IMG/VR virus record: IMGVR_UViG_3300010371_000008
Span: 1 to 57,398 of that record
DNA from: a virus
Taxonomy: Duplodnaviria > Caudoviricetes
Length of the DNA stretch: 57,398 nt
Reading direction: 5' to 3' (one strand)
The notes beneath the pieces were generated by a model. The model had not been told where the DNA came from. It did not search any database and saw only the letters and a list, made by a program, of their open reading frames with translations. Numbering within the stretch: position 1 is the stretch's first letter; every line of letters begins with the position of its first letter. The translations under genes were made by a program, and so were the position numbers. Shown piece after piece: positions 56,524 to 57,398 of the stretch.

Positions 56524-57398
56524 ATGGGATTCCTTGACCGTCTAGGTTTTCGCCGCAATAGTGTTGTGAAGACTGACCCGACCGCCGCCGCGCCCATGTT
56601 GAATGCTGACGTGGTGCGGGCCGCCAACCAAGCCCAGATGGGCACTGGCCCGTTCGCTCCCGGTGTGCCGTTGTCGGCGTACCGGGGCGTTGACGGCGCC
56701 CCGCGCCGGTTCAGCTTCCCGACCGGGTACAACATCAAGACCAGCCCTGACCGTGACGGGCGGGTTAGTTTTGAGACACTGAAACGGCTCATCGACAACT
56801 ACAGCGTCGCGCGCGCCTGCATCCAGCACCGCATCGATGATGTGCGTTCCCTCGAATACTCCATCCAGCCGCGCGACGACAACGTGACCGACGCCGACAA
56901 CGCCATCACCGCCGCCTATGCGGCCATGCGCCACCCCGACGGTGTGCACTCGTTCCGGGCGTGGCTCGCCATGTACTTGGAGGATGTGCTGCGGTACGAC
57001 GCGGGCTGCCTCATCAAGCAACGCGACCGGCTAGGCCGCTACTGCGGCCTGCAAGTCGTCTCCGGAATGACCATGGCCCCGAAACTTGACGAATGGGGCA
57101 ACCGCCCCAGTGGTAACGCCACCGCGTTTCAGCAGTACAACGAGGGCCTGCCGTGGATGGACTTCACCGCCGACCAAGTAATCTATGAACCGTTCCGGCC
57201 GCAACCGGATTCCGTGTACGGGCTCGCCCCGCTAGAGGCTGTCATGCTGACCGCCAACACGCACATGAGGTATCAGCAGTACTGGTTGCAGTGGTTCACC
57301 GAGGGCACCGTGCCGGGCGGGTTCGCAACCCTGCCCGAATCGATCAACACGCCCGACCAGATCCGCCAGTATCAGGAATATTACGACGACATGCACGC
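56524..57398 (+). CDS. Portal protein, 5' part (continues at position 124)
   Basis: Open frame from ATG 56524 to the window end, directly after terL; YGLAPLE portal-like motif. Confidence 0.9.
   Translation, partial: MGFLDRLGFRRNSVVKTDPTAAAPMLNADVVRAANQAQMGTGPFAPGVPLSAYRGVDGAPRRFSFPTGYNIKTSPDRDGRVSFETLKRLIDNYSVARACIQHRIDDVRSLEYSIQPRDDNVTDADNAITAAYAAMRHPDGVHSFRAWLAMYLEDVLRYDAGCLIKQRDRLGRYCGLQVVSGMTMAPKLDEWGNRPSGNATAFQQYNEGLPWMDFTADQVIYEPFRPQPDSVYGLAPLEAVMLTANTHMRYQQYWLQWFTEGTVPGGFATLPESINTPDQIRQYQEYYDDMH
57276..57398. repeat. Terminal direct repeat copy
   Basis: Identical to 1-123. Confidence 0.97.

Overview
The window is a complete, circularly permuted genome of a GC-rich temperate siphovirus, most likely infecting an actinobacterium (Arthrobacter/Micrococcales-like gene content, by inference). 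Bases 1-123 are identical to 57276-57398, so the unique length is 57,275 bp and the break falls inside the portal gene. Gene order: terminase large subunit, portal-MuF fusion, XkdF-like protease, scaffold, major capsid, neck, major tail, frameshifted tail chaperones, tape measure with SLT domain, beta-helix tailspike, minor tail genes, GH25 lysis cassette, leftward accessory genes, tyrosine integrase, putative attP, two HTH repressors, Cro, excisionase, Sak4-like ATPase, SSB, two DNA methyltransferases, Rep and loader, resolvase, many tiny genes (including a Mom-like GNAT), a nucleotide-metabolism operon, a second fibre-like structural cassette and an RNA island. The strongest novelty candidate is a roughly 400-nt non-coding region (52860-53270) with many long-range and crossing complementary segments that encloses an atypical tRNA-Tyr, a GOLLD-like architecture. 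It is followed by an atypical tRNA-Leu and a second predicted multi-stem RNA. Other notable items are the portal-MuF C-terminal extension paired with an Rmf/CrpP-like microprotein, and an acid-free Arg/His-rich 99-aa gene in the neck region. Family assignments are from motif recognition only; no database searches were run.
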